Shown piece after piece: positions 41,620-51,580 of a DNA stretch of 64,000 nucleotides (positions are counted from its first letter, which is position 1; every line of letters starts with the position of its first letter). Location: NCBI GenBank assembly GCA_046290225.1, contig JBKAGE010000070.1, positions 1 through 64,000 on the forward strand. Reading direction: 5' to 3'. This stretch comes from Bradymonadia bacterium (GTDB lineage Bacteria; Myxococcota_A; Bradymonadia; UBA7976; UBA1532). The notes beneath the pieces are model-generated. The model made no database searches and had not been told where the DNA came from. It saw nothing but the letters and a program-made list of their open reading frames with translations. The position numbers and the translations under genes were made by a program.

Positions 41620-42345
41620 ATGGCTCAAGACAAAAAGAAGCGCAAGTCCTCCCCTGAACAGCGCCCTTCAGCGCGCGAGCAGCTCGAGGCGACCCTCGAG
41701 ACCTTGCCCGATCACACCCGGGTGGTGCTGGTGGCCAACCTCAAGGGCGGCACGGGTAAGACCACGTTGTCGACCCACCTCGCCGCTTGGATGGCCAACA
41801 CCGGCCAGGTGACCGCCCTCGCCGATCTCGATCCGCAACGCAGCGCCTTGAAGTGGCTCGGCCGCCGCGACATCACTCAACCACCGATCTTCGCCATCGA
41901 CGCCTGCCAGGGCGAGGCGATCCCGCAAGAGGCCGAGTGGTTGATCCTCGATGGCCCCGCGGGCATCTCCGATGCGGTGCTCAAGCCCGCTGTGGACGCA
42001 GCAGATGTCGTGTTGATACCGGTGCTGCCTTCGGTCTTCGACGAGGGGGGTACGGCGCGGCTGATGACCGCGCTCAACGGCTTGAAGCGTTTCCGCAAGG
42101 GCAAGGTGAAGGTGGGCCTCGTGGCCAACCGCATCAAGGCCCGCTCACGGGCAGCCCGACGCATCGAGGCGTGGATGGCGCTGCAGAGCGTGCCCGTGGC
42201 TGGTCAACTCAGAGACTCGTCGCTCTATGCAGATGGCGCCATGAACGGCTCGGCCCTCTTCGATCTGGCACCCTCGCGCATCCGCACGCACATGGCCGAC
42301 TGGGCCTCGATTGTCGACTTCGTTCAAGAGCCTCGCGACGACTGA
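41620..42345 (+). CDS. Orphan ParA/MinD-family ATPase
   Basis: NLKGGTGKTT, DLDPQ.S, ILDGP. Start reset to ATG 41620. Confidence 0.9.
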   Translation: MAQDKKKRKSSPEQRPSAREQLEATLETLPDHTRVVLVANLKGGTGKTTLSTHLAAWMANTGQVTALADLDPQRSALKWLGRRDITQPPIFAIDACQGEAIPQEAEWLILDGPAGISDAVLKPAVDAADVVLIPVLPSVFDEGGTARLMTALNGLKRFRKGKVKVGLVANRIKARSRAARRIEAWMALQSVPVAGQLRDSSLYADGAMNGSALFDLAPSRIRTHMADWASIVDFVQEPRDD

Positions 42346-42355
42346 GCGCTCGTGT

Positions 42356-43486
42356 TTATGAGATGCCCAGCCCCTGCTCCACCAGCGACATGCACAGCGC
42401 GTGAATCGCCTTGCGGTCAGGTGATTTGGGCAATGGGTGCTCCCCCGAGCGATAGATGGCCTCGAGGGCGGCATCTTCGCCCTCGGCCCACTCGATGAGC
42501 TGGTCGTAAGACCACGCCCCCTTCCGAATGGCGATCAACTCTTCGGCGTCGATGTCGCCCCGCCACACGTTCACCTTGCCCGTGGTCAGGATCTCGCGGC
42601 CCATGCGCAACAAACGCACGAGGTGGCCGGCATGCTTCGTGTCGTAGCCATACTTCGCCTCGAGGGCTGCCCGGGTGGGGTTGCGCTCGCGCTTCCACCG
42701 GGCATAGCTCTTGGCCTCGGCCTCGGCGGCCCGGTAGCGACGCTCCTTGTCCATCCACTCGATGAAGTTCTCGTCGTAGCCGATGTGCCGCGCCGCGGCG
42801 AAGAAGCTCTCTTGCTGGCCGATCTCCAGCTCGCTGAGATAGGCGGCCATGCGGCCCTGGATCTCGATCTTGTTCGAAGCCGGCAAGTCGCCGAAGTCGA
42901 TGGACCAGCTGTCGATCTTCTTCTGCACCGCCGCCAGGGCCGCCTGGAGCTGATCTCGAGGCATGAGGCTGCGATCAGGCAGATCGAAGTCGGCCCGGCT
43001 GGGGGCTTTGATCTCCCCGCCGGTGTGCCACCGGTAGTGCAACTTGATGCGCTTGAGCTGCGCGGCGGCATAGCCGGAGAAGGTGTGCTTGGCTTTTGCC
43101 GAGAGGAACATGTCCCGGTGAGCCCGCAGCTGCTCGCCCACGGGGGTCATGCGGCGCACCTCGGCGTCGCGGCTGAAGAGCACGTCGAGGATGTTCGGGT
43201 TCGAGTCGGTGGCGAGCTTGACGAACTTCCTGATCTCGTAGACCGAACCCTCGAGCTTGGTCTCCCGACAGATGACCTTCTCTTCTTCGGTCATGTCGTC
43301 GAAGAAGGCCTGAATCTGGCTGCTCTTGTCGGCCTGTTCGAAGCTGCCGAGGGTGCCGAGGTAGTAGTCTTTCGGCGGCACGGCGACGCCCTTGACGTCG
43401 ACATCGGACCCGTCGGTGTGGATGCCATAACAGCGTGATCCGGTGACCACGAGCAGATGTGTGTGAGCGAGCAGGTCGAAGTTCAC
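42356..43486 (-). CDS. DNA pol beta-superfamily predicted nucleotidyltransferase (YcgL/RlaP-like)
   Basis: GS.CYG.HT..SDVDVKG, NPNILD.L, FSGYA..QL, GYDTKHA.HL.RLL.MG.E.L. Confidence 0.92.
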   Translation of the reverse strand: MNFDLLAHTHLLVVTGSRCYGIHTDGSDVDVKGVAVPPKDYYLGTLGSFEQADKSSQIQAFFDDMTEEEKVICRETKLEGSVYEIRKFVKLATDSNPNILDVLFSRDAEVRRMTPVGEQLRAHRDMFLSAKAKHTFSGYAAAQLKRIKLHYRWHTGGEIKAPSRADFDLPDRSLMPRDQLQAALAAVQKKIDSWSIDFGDLPASNKIEIQGRMAAYLSELEIGQQESFFAAARHIGYDENFIEWMDKERRYRAAEAEAKSYARWKRERNPTRAALEAKYGYDTKHAGHLVRLLRMGREILTTGKVNVWRGDIDAEELIAIRKGAWSYDQLIEWAEGEDAALEAIYRSGEHPLPKSPDRKAIHALCMSLVEQGLGIS

Positions 43487-43597
43487 GTGAGACCTCCTGA
43501 GTCACCAGCGATGAGTGGGGCGCCGTCGGGTAAGATTCCGGGAAGTGTCTCGAAGGTCAAGCGAGACTCGATGAAGTGCCATGCTGGCCTGCAATGT

Positions 43598-44104
43598 ATG
43601 TGGTGGTTGTGCCTGTGTAGGCAGTCGTCGCTTCGCTCCGCCTGCGTAGGCGCCGGGCCTTCGGCAGCCCTGCGGGCCGCCTCGTCTGGCGCGTACACGT
43701 TCGGGCATCCGCTTGCGCGGAACCCCTCCGGGTAGGCAGGGTCGCTCAATGCTAACGCATTGTTTGCTCGCTCCCCTGCGTAAAAAGTCAGTTCTGGTGT
43801 GACTTTGCACTGATTCCGGCGCTGCTGGGGCTTTCGCCGAGCCTTGGGGCTCAGAGGCTTGCACGTTCGCGGTAGGTCGAATCCCGGCGGGGTTCAGCAA
43901 CGAGATACAGAAGAAGCTCTTTACGCAGGGGAGCGAGCGAAAAGGGCGAAGCCCTGAGCGACCCTGCCTACCCGGAGGCCTGCTCGCGCCAGCGAGCGTG
44001 CCGACGTGTACGCAGCTCCAAGGCGGGCCGCAGGCCGGCCGACAGAGCTGCCTACGCAGGCAGAGCGAAGCGATGACTGCCTACCAGGGCTCAGCCACAA
44101 CACA
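43598..44104. repeat. Palindromic element E2: imperfect inverted arms of about 185 bp around a 135-bp core
   Basis: Perfect inverted blocks 43766-43784/43920-43938 (19 bp) and 43725-43748/43955-43978 (24 bp). A near-perfect GTAGGCAGTCRTCGCTTCGCTCYGCCTGCGTAGGC block lies near the outer ends. Unrelated mini-hairpins lie between the blocks. Confidence 0.95.
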
Positions 44105-44229
44105 CGCCACCCCGCCGCATTTGACGCTCGACAACTCGGCCCACGACAGGCCCCTTTGAGGGGCATACAACGACCATGGCCTTCACAAAAAAGCCGGCAT
44201 AGGATGCAGACGCAATGAAGGGGAATGAC

Positions 44230-45687
44230 ATGGGAAGACAACGCACCGAGCGCCTGCTGATGTGGGCCCTTCGAACCACAGTTGTGTTGTCCTTGACGGG
44301 CACCGGTTGTGACGACGAGTCGAGTGACACAACACCTGTCGACATGGGCACGCCCCCTGACTCGGCGACTGTCGACCAGGGGCCTGACCCCAGTGACATG
44401 GGAGCCGATTCTGACGCTGCGTTCGACGAGTCTGACGCGTCGCCGTGGCGCAGCATCGAGGCCGCCAACACCTTGCCTGCAGCTCACCCCCTCGCCGAGG
44501 GGCAACATCGGTTCCTGTATGACACCTTCGGCGTCGAGCTGTACGACGACTGGCCTCCCACCGAGTTCCTCTTGCAGCTCATGGAAGACGAGCCCGAGAT
44601 CTTCGGCGATCAGTTCAGCAGCTTCGGGTTTATCCCTGATCCCGATGATGACCTCCCTGTGGGCTTCAAGCGCGGCGTCACCGATCCGGAGCGGGTCCAT
44701 CACACGTGCGCCGTGTGTCACGTAGGCGCGCTGCCCGATGGCCGACTCTGGCTCGGCGCCCCCAATGGCGCCCTCGACTTCGGTCGATTCAGAGTGGAGG
44801 TCGACCGTCGATGGGTCGCCGCAGGCAACCCCACCACACTCGGCGAGGGCATACCCGAGAAGTTTCTGGCCCTCGGACCTGGCCGCACCAACGCAGCGAG
44901 CAACGATTTCCGGGAAGTGGTGCCAGCGGATTACCCCCCGTACTTCAGGCTCGGCGAGCTCAGCCATTTGAACTACCTGGGCACCGGCCGAAACACCCAG
45001 ACCGAGGTCTACCTGTCGATCTACACCTTCGGCGCCGGCGCCCCCGACGACGAGGAGGCGCCGACGCCGTTTCCCGAAGCAGAGCGCGCCGCAGCGCTCG
45101 TGGACTTCATGGCGCAGATCGAGCCCCCGGCCCCGCCAGCGGAGATGCTCGCCGACGACGACACCATCGCCCGTGGTCGTACGGTGTTCGAAGAGGCTGG
45201 TTGTGGGCTGTGCCATCACCCCGATGACGTGGGTGAGAATGGCGTGACCCCCATCGACAAGGCTGAGAACGGCCGTGACCGCCTGCCTGGAGAAGATGCA
45301 GAGTGGCCCGAGGGCTCTATCCACACCAGCCCGCTGCACCGCGTGCTCATCGATGGTGATGGTGAAGGCGGTGGAGGTGTAGACGAGGGCCGCCTAGCGT
45401 TGATCCGGTTCATCGGACGTCATCGCCTGCGCACTTTGCCCACGGATGGCTATCGCGTGACGCCGCTGCAGGGGCTGTGGGCCACGGCGCCCTACCTGCA
45501 CAATGGCAGCGTGCCCACATTGGAAGATGTGTTGAAGCCCGTCTCAGATCGCCCGACCACGTTCGATCGCAGTGGCTTCACCATCGACACCTCACTGCCA
45601 CCCAACAGCAACCGGGGCCATGCCTTTGGTGTCGACCTCTCTGCTGAGGACAAGGCCGCACTGGTTGCTTATTTGATGTCGCTGTAG
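44230..45687 (+). CDS. Di-heme c-type cytochrome lipoprotein (RoxA/CCP-like C-terminus)
   Basis: Lipobox GTGC; CAVCH and CGLCH; GY...PL.GLWATAPYLHNGSVPTL; SN.GH.FG. Confidence 0.9.
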   Translation: MGRQRTERLLMWALRTTVVLSLTGTGCDDESSDTTPVDMGTPPDSATVDQGPDPSDMGADSDAAFDESDASPWRSIEAANTLPAAHPLAEGQHRFLYDTFGVELYDDWPPTEFLLQLMEDEPEIFGDQFSSFGFIPDPDDDLPVGFKRGVTDPERVHHTCAVCHVGALPDGRLWLGAPNGALDFGRFRVEVDRRWVAAGNPTTLGEGIPEKFLALGPGRTNAASNDFREVVPADYPPYFRLGELSHLNYLGTGRNTQTEVYLSIYTFGAGAPDDEEAPTPFPEAERAAALVDFMAQIEPPAPPAEMLADDDTIARGRTVFEEAGCGLCHHPDDVGENGVTPIDKAENGRDRLPGEDAEWPEGSIHTSPLHRVLIDGDGEGGGGVDEGRLALIRFIGRHRLRTLPTDGYRVTPLQGLWATAPYLHNGSVPTLEDVLKPVSDRPTTFDRSGFTIDTSLPPNSNRGHAFGVDLSAEDKAALVAYLMSL

Positions 45688-45860
45688 CGAGGGCTCAGCG
45701 CCCTTCACAGACACCAGCGATGCACCGAGAATCAAACACACATTTCTCCATCACACACCTGCCCCCACATATTAAGTCATTTGTCGAAACACCTTGCCGT
45801 TCAGATTGCATCTGACAGGGCGCTTCGCCCATATTGGTCCGAACACCTCGTGCTTCGGGA

Positions 45861-46289
45861 ATGTTCATGCACCACCCTCCCCATATTCTGCTCATCGACG
45901 ACGATGATGTAGACGTGATGATCTTCAAACGGGCGCTCAAGCGCTCAGGCATCGAGCACACGCTCAGCGTCGCCTACGATGGAGATGAGGCTTTGGAGCA
46001 GCTGCGAGGCGAGGCATCTGGCAAGCCACTTCAACCCGATGTCATCTTGATGGACGTGAACATGCCACGGATGAACGGGCACGAATGTTTGAGCGCACTT
46101 CGAGCGGATCCTCGGCTCAAGCGCAACGTCGTCTTCATGTTCACCACATCCTCCGACCGCAATGACGTGGAGCGCGCCTTCGATCACAATGTGGCGGGTT
46201 TCATCACCAAGACCGGGCAGGCAGAGCAGTGCGTTCAGATCGCCCAGATGGTCGACCAGTACGCTCAACTCACCCTCTCTCCTTATTGA
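45861..46289 (+). CDS. Single-domain response regulator (Rcp1-like)
   Basis: ILLIDDDDVD, DVILMDVNMPRMNG, FMFTTS, GFITK. Confidence 0.93.
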   Translation: MFMHHPPHILLIDDDDVDVMIFKRALKRSGIEHTLSVAYDGDEALEQLRGEASGKPLQPDVILMDVNMPRMNGHECLSALRADPRLKRNVVFMFTTSSDRNDVERAFDHNVAGFITKTGQAEQCVQIAQMVDQYAQLTLSPY

Positions 46290-46388
46290 GGATCCCTCGA
46301 ACAACGCCCTTCTCTGAATCACGGCTTCTGCTATTTTCCTCGCCGCCGCGTCCAGTATGGGCGCACTTCGGCCCAGGAGCCCCGGACC

Positions 46389-47327
46389 GTGTTTTTCGAA
46401 GGCCCAGAGAAGAAGGTGGAGCTGGTCTCCACTGGAGAGGTCGTCCTCAGAGATCTCGGTGAAGACTGGTGGCGGGCAGTGGCCCTCGCCGCCGGCGCTC
46501 AGATCCTGTCGGTGATTCGCAGCGACGCCTGTGACGCCTACCTGCTCAGCGAGAGCAGCCTCTTTGTGTACGACCACCGCGTGATCATGCTCACCTGTGG
46601 CCAGACCACTCTGGCCCGGGCTGTGGAGATGATGGTGGATCGCCTCGGCGACGCTCAGGTGGCCATGCTGATCTACGAGCGCAAGAACGAGCACTTCCCC
46701 GAGCTGCAGCACACCGGGTTCCTCGACGACGCCCGGGACATTCACCGCCTGCTGCCCGGAGTGGCCATGCGCTTCGGTGATCCCGACAGCCACAGGTTGA
46801 TGCTGTTTCACGCCGCTCGGCCCTATACACCTGCTGACGACGACGTCACCCTCGAGGTGCTGATGCACGGCATCAGCGACGAAGCCGCTCGGCGATTCCA
46901 CGCCCGACCCGGCGAGCGCGTTGATGGCGTCGCGGCCCGTACGGGCATCGCCGAGCTGCTGCCGGGCTTCACCCTCGACGAGCACCTCTTCGAGCCCGCC
47001 GGGTATTCGATGAATGCCCTGCGAGGGGCCGACTACGCGACGATTCACGTGACCCCCGAGGCCATCGGCTCGTATGTCAGCTTCGAGACCAACGTCGACT
47101 ACGGCGCCTCACCTGAGGCGATGGTGAAGCGCGTCGTGGAGATCTTCGAACCGGCGGCCTTCGACGTCATCACTTTCTCGACGCGGGCGGCGCCGGCGCT
47201 GTCGCTGCAAGACTTCACCCTCGTCAACCACGTGGAGCAGGCCATCGCCTGCGGATACAACGTGGGCTTCCGTCATTATCACCGCCCTTCAATGTCGCCT
47301 CGGCGAGCCTTCACGCTCCCGCTGTAG
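46389..47327 (+). CDS. speD: S-adenosylmethionine decarboxylase proenzyme, eukaryote-type fold
   Basis: FFEGPEKK.E, DAYLLSE|SSLFV (pyruvoyl site), LTCG.T.L, F.P.GYSMN, YATIHVTPE...SYVSFETN. Confidence 0.92.
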   Translation: MFFEGPEKKVELVSTGEVVLRDLGEDWWRAVALAAGAQILSVIRSDACDAYLLSESSLFVYDHRVIMLTCGQTTLARAVEMMVDRLGDAQVAMLIYERKNEHFPELQHTGFLDDARDIHRLLPGVAMRFGDPDSHRLMLFHAARPYTPADDDVTLEVLMHGISDEAARRFHARPGERVDGVAARTGIAELLPGFTLDEHLFEPAGYSMNALRGADYATIHVTPEAIGSYVSFETNVDYGASPEAMVKRVVEIFEPAAFDVITFSTRAAPALSLQDFTLVNHVEQAIACGYNVGFRHYHRPSMSPRRAFTLPL

Positions 47328-47361
47328 ACGACACCGTCACCCACCTCCAGGAGCGCTCTTC

Positions 47362-48765
47362 ATGCGAACGCCTCTCCCTCGTGCTCACCTCCAACGGGCT
47401 CGACGCCGCCCGCCCTGCCATTGGGTGCTGGCGCTCGCCGGGCTCTTGCTGGCTCTGGCGCCCGCCTCGGCGCAGGAGCGCATCCTGCCCTTCGCCCACA
47501 CCCTCGATCGCCTCGACAACGGGCTGACGGTGGTGACGGTGCCCACGAACGCCAAGGGCATCATCGCCTACTACTCGGTGGTGCGGACCGGCTCGATGGA
47601 CGAGGTCGAAGAGGGCAAGACCGGCTTCGCCCACTTCTTTGAGCACATGATGTTCCGGGGCACCGAGAAGTACGATCCCAAGGCGTACAGCGCCGTACTC
47701 CAGGGCCACGGCGCCGACGCCAACGCCTACACCACCTCGGATTACACCGCGTATTACATCGTGGCCCCGAAGTCGGCCCTCGACGACATCATCGATCTCG
47801 AGTCCGACCGGTTCATGCACTTGAAGTACAAAGAAGACGACTTCAAGACCGAGGCCGGCGCCGTGCTCGGTGAGTACAACAAGGCCTACCACAGCCCCCG
47901 CATGAAGATGTGGGAGGCCATCTCGGAGACGGCCTTCGACGCCCACACCTACAAGCACACCACCATCGGCTACCTCGACGACATCAAGGCCATGCCCGAG
48001 GGCTTCGAGTACTCGCTCAACTTCTTCAAGCGCCACTACACGCCCGACAACACCACCCTCATCGTCGCCGGCGACATCGATCGCGACACCCTATTGCCCA
48101 AGGTGAAGGCGGCCTACGATGTCTGGAAGGGCACCCACGACGCCCCGAAGGTCACCGCGGAGCCTGCGCAGGCAGAGCCGAAGAAGCGTCACCTGAGCTG
48201 GCCTCGGGCCACGGCGCCGCTGATCACCGTGGCCTGGAAGACCCCGGCGTTCTCCACCGCCAGCACCGACACCGCCGCCCTCGAGGTGGCCGCGGCGCTG
48301 CTCTTCGGCGAGACCAGCCCGCTGTATCAAGATCTGGTGCTCAAGGAGCAGCTGGCAGTGTCGCTGAGCCACTCCGGCGACTGGCACCACCGGGATCCGC
48401 ACCTGCTCATGGTGCAGGTGCGCCTCAAAGACCCGGCGGCCATCGACGGGATCGTCGAGCGCATTCAGGCCGAGGCGACGAAGCTCGCCGAGGGGCAGGT
48501 CGACGCCGAGCGCCTGGCTTCGGTGAAGTCCCACACCCGCTATGGGCAGCTGATGGGCCTCGAAACCCCCAATCAAATCGCCCAGCACCTCGCCGCCATC
48601 TTCGGCGTCGCCGGTGACGTGGCCGCCGCCGAGGGCCACCTTGCGCAAATCGCCAAGGTGCAGGCTGCAGATCTACAGCGCGTGGCGTCGACCTACCTGG
48701 TGCCCAAGGGCAGCACGGTGATCACGCTGTCCCACACCCCCGAGGCCGAGGAGGCGAGCAAATGA
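47362..48765 (+). CDS. M16 family zinc peptidase, catalytic subunit
   Basis: L.NGLTV, G.AHFFEHMMFRGT (HxxEH), NAYTT.D.T.Y, YTPDN..L.VAGD. Confidence 0.96.
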   Translation: MRTPLPRAHLQRARRRPPCHWVLALAGLLLALAPASAQERILPFAHTLDRLDNGLTVVTVPTNAKGIIAYYSVVRTGSMDEVEEGKTGFAHFFEHMMFRGTEKYDPKAYSAVLQGHGADANAYTTSDYTAYYIVAPKSALDDIIDLESDRFMHLKYKEDDFKTEAGAVLGEYNKAYHSPRMKMWEAISETAFDAHTYKHTTIGYLDDIKAMPEGFEYSLNFFKRHYTPDNTTLIVAGDIDRDTLLPKVKAAYDVWKGTHDAPKVTAEPAQAEPKKRHLSWPRATAPLITVAWKTPAFSTASTDTAALEVAAALLFGETSPLYQDLVLKEQLAVSLSHSGDWHHRDPHLLMVQVRLKDPAAIDGIVERIQAEATKLAEGQVDAERLASVKSHTRYGQLMGLETPNQIAQHLAAIFGVAGDVAAAEGHLAQIAKVQAADLQRVASTYLVPKGSTVITLSHTPEAEEASK

Positions 48766-50360
48766 AGATGCACATGATCCCCTCGAGCCTGTTGCTGTTG
48801 GCGGCGCTCTCTCCCCTCGCAGGGTGTGGTGGCGCCCAGACCGAGACCCCTGTGGAGACCCCTGCCCCGACGCCGCCTCCACCGCCTGCCTACGATGGTC
48901 CGCCCCTGGTGCACCAACAGTCGGAGAGCCCCATCGTGGAGTTCCGCCTGGTCTTCGATGCGGGCTCGATCTACGACCCGCCGGGCAAAGAGGGCTTGAG
49001 CAACCTCACCGCGGCCCTGGTGGCTGAGGGTGGCATCGCCGCTGCCGCCGACGGCTCTGGTGAGCTGACCTACGACGCTCTGCTCAAGCGCTTGCATCCC
49101 TGGGCGGCGCAGCTCGGTGTGCAGGTCGACAAATCACAGGTGGTCTTCGTGGGCCGCTGCCACACGGATCACCTGGAAGCCTTCAGCGACTTGCTGATGC
49201 AGGTGATGACGCGGCCCCGCCTCGGCGCGGAAGACTTCGAACGCCTGAAGCAGCAAGCATTGCAGCGCCTAGTGAAGCAGGTGCGCACGGCAAACGACGA
49301 AGAGCTGTCGAAGCTGGTGCTCGAGCAGGTGCTCTTCGAGGTGGCTGCCCCGGCCTATGCCCACCCTGCCCTGGGCACCGAGGCGGGCCTCAACGCCATC
49401 ACCCTCGACGACGTAAAGGCCCACCGTAGTCAGTGGCTCTCAGCGCCCCGCCTCACCGTAGGCCTCGCCGGCGGCATCGACGAAGCGAAAGCGCAGGCCT
49501 TCGCCAAGGGCCTCGCCACAGGACTCGGTGAGCCGGCGAAGCCCCTCACGGTGACCCGCGAGGCACCCACTCAAACCCGGCCGGTGAAGATGGTCATCGT
49601 CGAGCAGCCCGATGCTCAGGCGGCGGCGATCAGCATCGGCCATCGCCTGCCCCTGAACCGCGCCCACGACGACTTCCCCGCCCTGGCCCTCATGGCGAGC
49701 TACTTCGGCGAGCACCGTCAGTTCCATGGGGTGTTGTTCCAGCGTATGCGTGAAGCCCGGGGCATGAACTACGGTGACTACGCCTACGTCGAGGCCTTCC
49801 GCCAGGAGGGTTGGGGCCGCTTCCCGCTGACGAACACGGCCCGTAACCAGCAGCACTTCAGCCTCTGGATTCGTCCGGTGCCGGTGGTGGACGCCCACTT
49901 TGCTACCCGCATTGCCCTCTGGCACCTCAAGAAGATGCTCAAAGAGGGGATCCCCGAGAAGGACTTCGAGGCCACCCGAGGCTTCTTGAGCGGGTATGAG
50001 TATCTGAAGCAGCAGACGAACATGCGCCGCCTGGGCTACGCCCTGGACGATCGCTTCTACGGCCTCGACACCCCTCACGCGGATCGCATGCGGGACATGT
50101 GGGCATCGATGAGCGCCGCTGACGTGAACGCCGCGGTGAACCGCCACATCAACCCCAAAGATCTGGTCATCGTGATCGTCACGAAAGACGCGAAGGCGCT
50201 GGCTCAGAAGATGGCGGCGAACACCGCGAGCCCGAAAGAGTACACCTCGCCCAAGCCGGAAGAAGTCCTCGCCGAGGATAAGATCATCGAGGCGTTCCCC
50301 CTCGACCTGCCCCGCAACCAGATTCGGATCATCAAGTCATCTGAGCTGTTCGCGAAGTAA
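48762..50360 (+). CDS. M16 family non-catalytic partner subunit, lipoprotein
   Basis: Lipobox LAGC; GS..DP.GKEGL; no HxxEH; LFQRMRE.RG..Y; ATGA overlap. Confidence 0.93.
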   Translation: MKMHMIPSSLLLLAALSPLAGCGGAQTETPVETPAPTPPPPPAYDGPPLVHQQSESPIVEFRLVFDAGSIYDPPGKEGLSNLTAALVAEGGIAAAADGSGELTYDALLKRLHPWAAQLGVQVDKSQVVFVGRCHTDHLEAFSDLLMQVMTRPRLGAEDFERLKQQALQRLVKQVRTANDEELSKLVLEQVLFEVAAPAYAHPALGTEAGLNAITLDDVKAHRSQWLSAPRLTVGLAGGIDEAKAQAFAKGLATGLGEPAKPLTVTREAPTQTRPVKMVIVEQPDAQAAAISIGHRLPLNRAHDDFPALALMASYFGEHRQFHGVLFQRMREARGMNYGDYAYVEAFRQEGWGRFPLTNTARNQQHFSLWIRPVPVVDAHFATRIALWHLKKMLKEGIPEKDFEATRGFLSGYEYLKQQTNMRRLGYALDDRFYGLDTPHADRMRDMWASMSAADVNAAVNRHINPKDLVIVIVTKDAKALAQKMAANTASPKEYTSPKPEEVLAEDKIIEAFPLDLPRNQIRIIKSSELFAK

Positions 50361-50397
50361 TCCCCCCTGAGGGGGTGTAGCCAACCGATTGGCAGGA

Positions 50398-50754
50398 TCA
50401 GCCGATCGCCTCGCTGTACTCCGCCTCTTTGAAGCCCACCAGCACCTTCTCGCCCAGCTCCAGAATCGGCCGCTTGATCAGCTTCCCGTCCGCGGCAAGC
50501 GCTGCGTGACAATCTGCCTCGGACATCGTCGGCAGCTTCTCCTTGAAGCCACCGCCGCGGTAGGACTGCCCCGAGGTGTTGAAGAAGCGTTTCACCGGCA
50601 GCCCCGAGCGGCTGTGTAGATCTGCGATGGCCTCCAGTGAGGGTGGCGTCTTCACCAGATCGATGGCCGTGAAGTCCACGTCGTTGGCTTTGAGCCACTT
50701 GATCGCCTTCTTGCAGGTCGAGCAATTTGGGTAATGCCACAGGGTGTAGGACAC
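50398..50754 (-). CDS. ArsC/Spx/MgsR-family protein
   Basis: Y..CSTCKKA.KWL, FFNTSG..YR, LIKRPIL, VGF. Start reset to GTG 50754. Confidence 0.92.
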   Translation of the reverse strand: MSYTLWHYPNCSTCKKAIKWLKANDVDFTAIDLVKTPPSLEAIADLHSRSGLPVKRFFNTSGQSYRGGGFKEKLPTMSEADCHAALAADGKLIKRPILELGEKVLVGFKEAEYSEAIG

Positions 50755-50878
50755 TTGCTGCGCCTTTCGTCGAGTTGAAACCAGAGTTCGAGAAATCACG
50801 GGGGGCATAGCAGAGGGCCATGGGTGGAGCAACCAGCCCGCCAGAGCAACCAGCCCGCCGGAGCGACATCGAGACAGC

Positions 50879-51580
50879 ATGAACACCACACGACACGCAC
50901 TCATCGTCGGCGGCGCCCGGGGCATCGGTCGGGGCCTCGCCAGCAGCCTGCTCGACGACGGCTGGCACGTGACCATCGCCGGCCGCAGCACCCGCGCCGA
51001 AGATCTCGAAGCCCGGGGGGCGAAGTGGCTGCAAGCCGACGTCTCCGACGCCACCGCAGCGCAGAAGCTCGTCGCCGAAGCCGGACCCTTCGACAGCCTC
51101 GTGATCGCAGCGGGCACCTACCATCGGGTGCCGCTGCTGAAAGAGACCCCTGAGGGTTGGCGCAGCATGTTCGCCGACAACCTCGACCCTGTGCTGTTTC
51201 TCGCTCAAGCGGCGATCCCCCAGATGGCCGAGCAGGGCTTCGGGCGTATCTTGACGTTCTCCATCGCCAACGCCGAGCGACTACAGAGCAACCCCTTCAT
51301 CGCCGGTCACTACATCGCCAAAATCGGTGTGCTGGTGCTCACCCGCAGCCTCGCCAAAGTCGCCGGGCCCCAGGGCATCACCGTCAACGCCATCTCACCG
51401 GGCTTCGTCGACTCGGGCACGATCCCCGTGGACGACATGGCCCACATGATCAAACACATCCCCGCCCGGCGACTGGGCACCGTGGACGAGACCGTCGCCG
51501 CGGCGCGCTTTCTGCTCTCAGAAGAGGCGGGATATGTCAGCGGCACCAACGTGGTGGTGTCTGGAGGTTGGGGCCTGTGA
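50879..51580 (+). CDS. Short-chain dehydrogenase/reductase
   Basis: GGARGIG, YIAK (variant YxxxK), GITVNAISPG, V.GG. Confidence 0.93.
   Translation: MNTTRHALIVGGARGIGRGLASSLLDDGWHVTIAGRSTRAEDLEARGAKWLQADVSDATAAQKLVAEAGPFDSLVIAAGTYHRVPLLKETPEGWRSMFADNLDPVLFLAQAAIPQMAEQGFGRILTFSIANAERLQSNPFIAGHYIAKIGVLVLTRSLAKVAGPQGITVNAISPGFVDSGTIPVDDMAHMIKHIPARRLGTVDETVAAARFLLSEEAGYVSGTNVVVSGGWGL

Noticed and set aside
43598..44104. Retron msr-msd or self-cleaving ribozyme
   Set aside because: No reverse transcriptase is in the window, and no complete hammerhead, HDV or twister core could be built.
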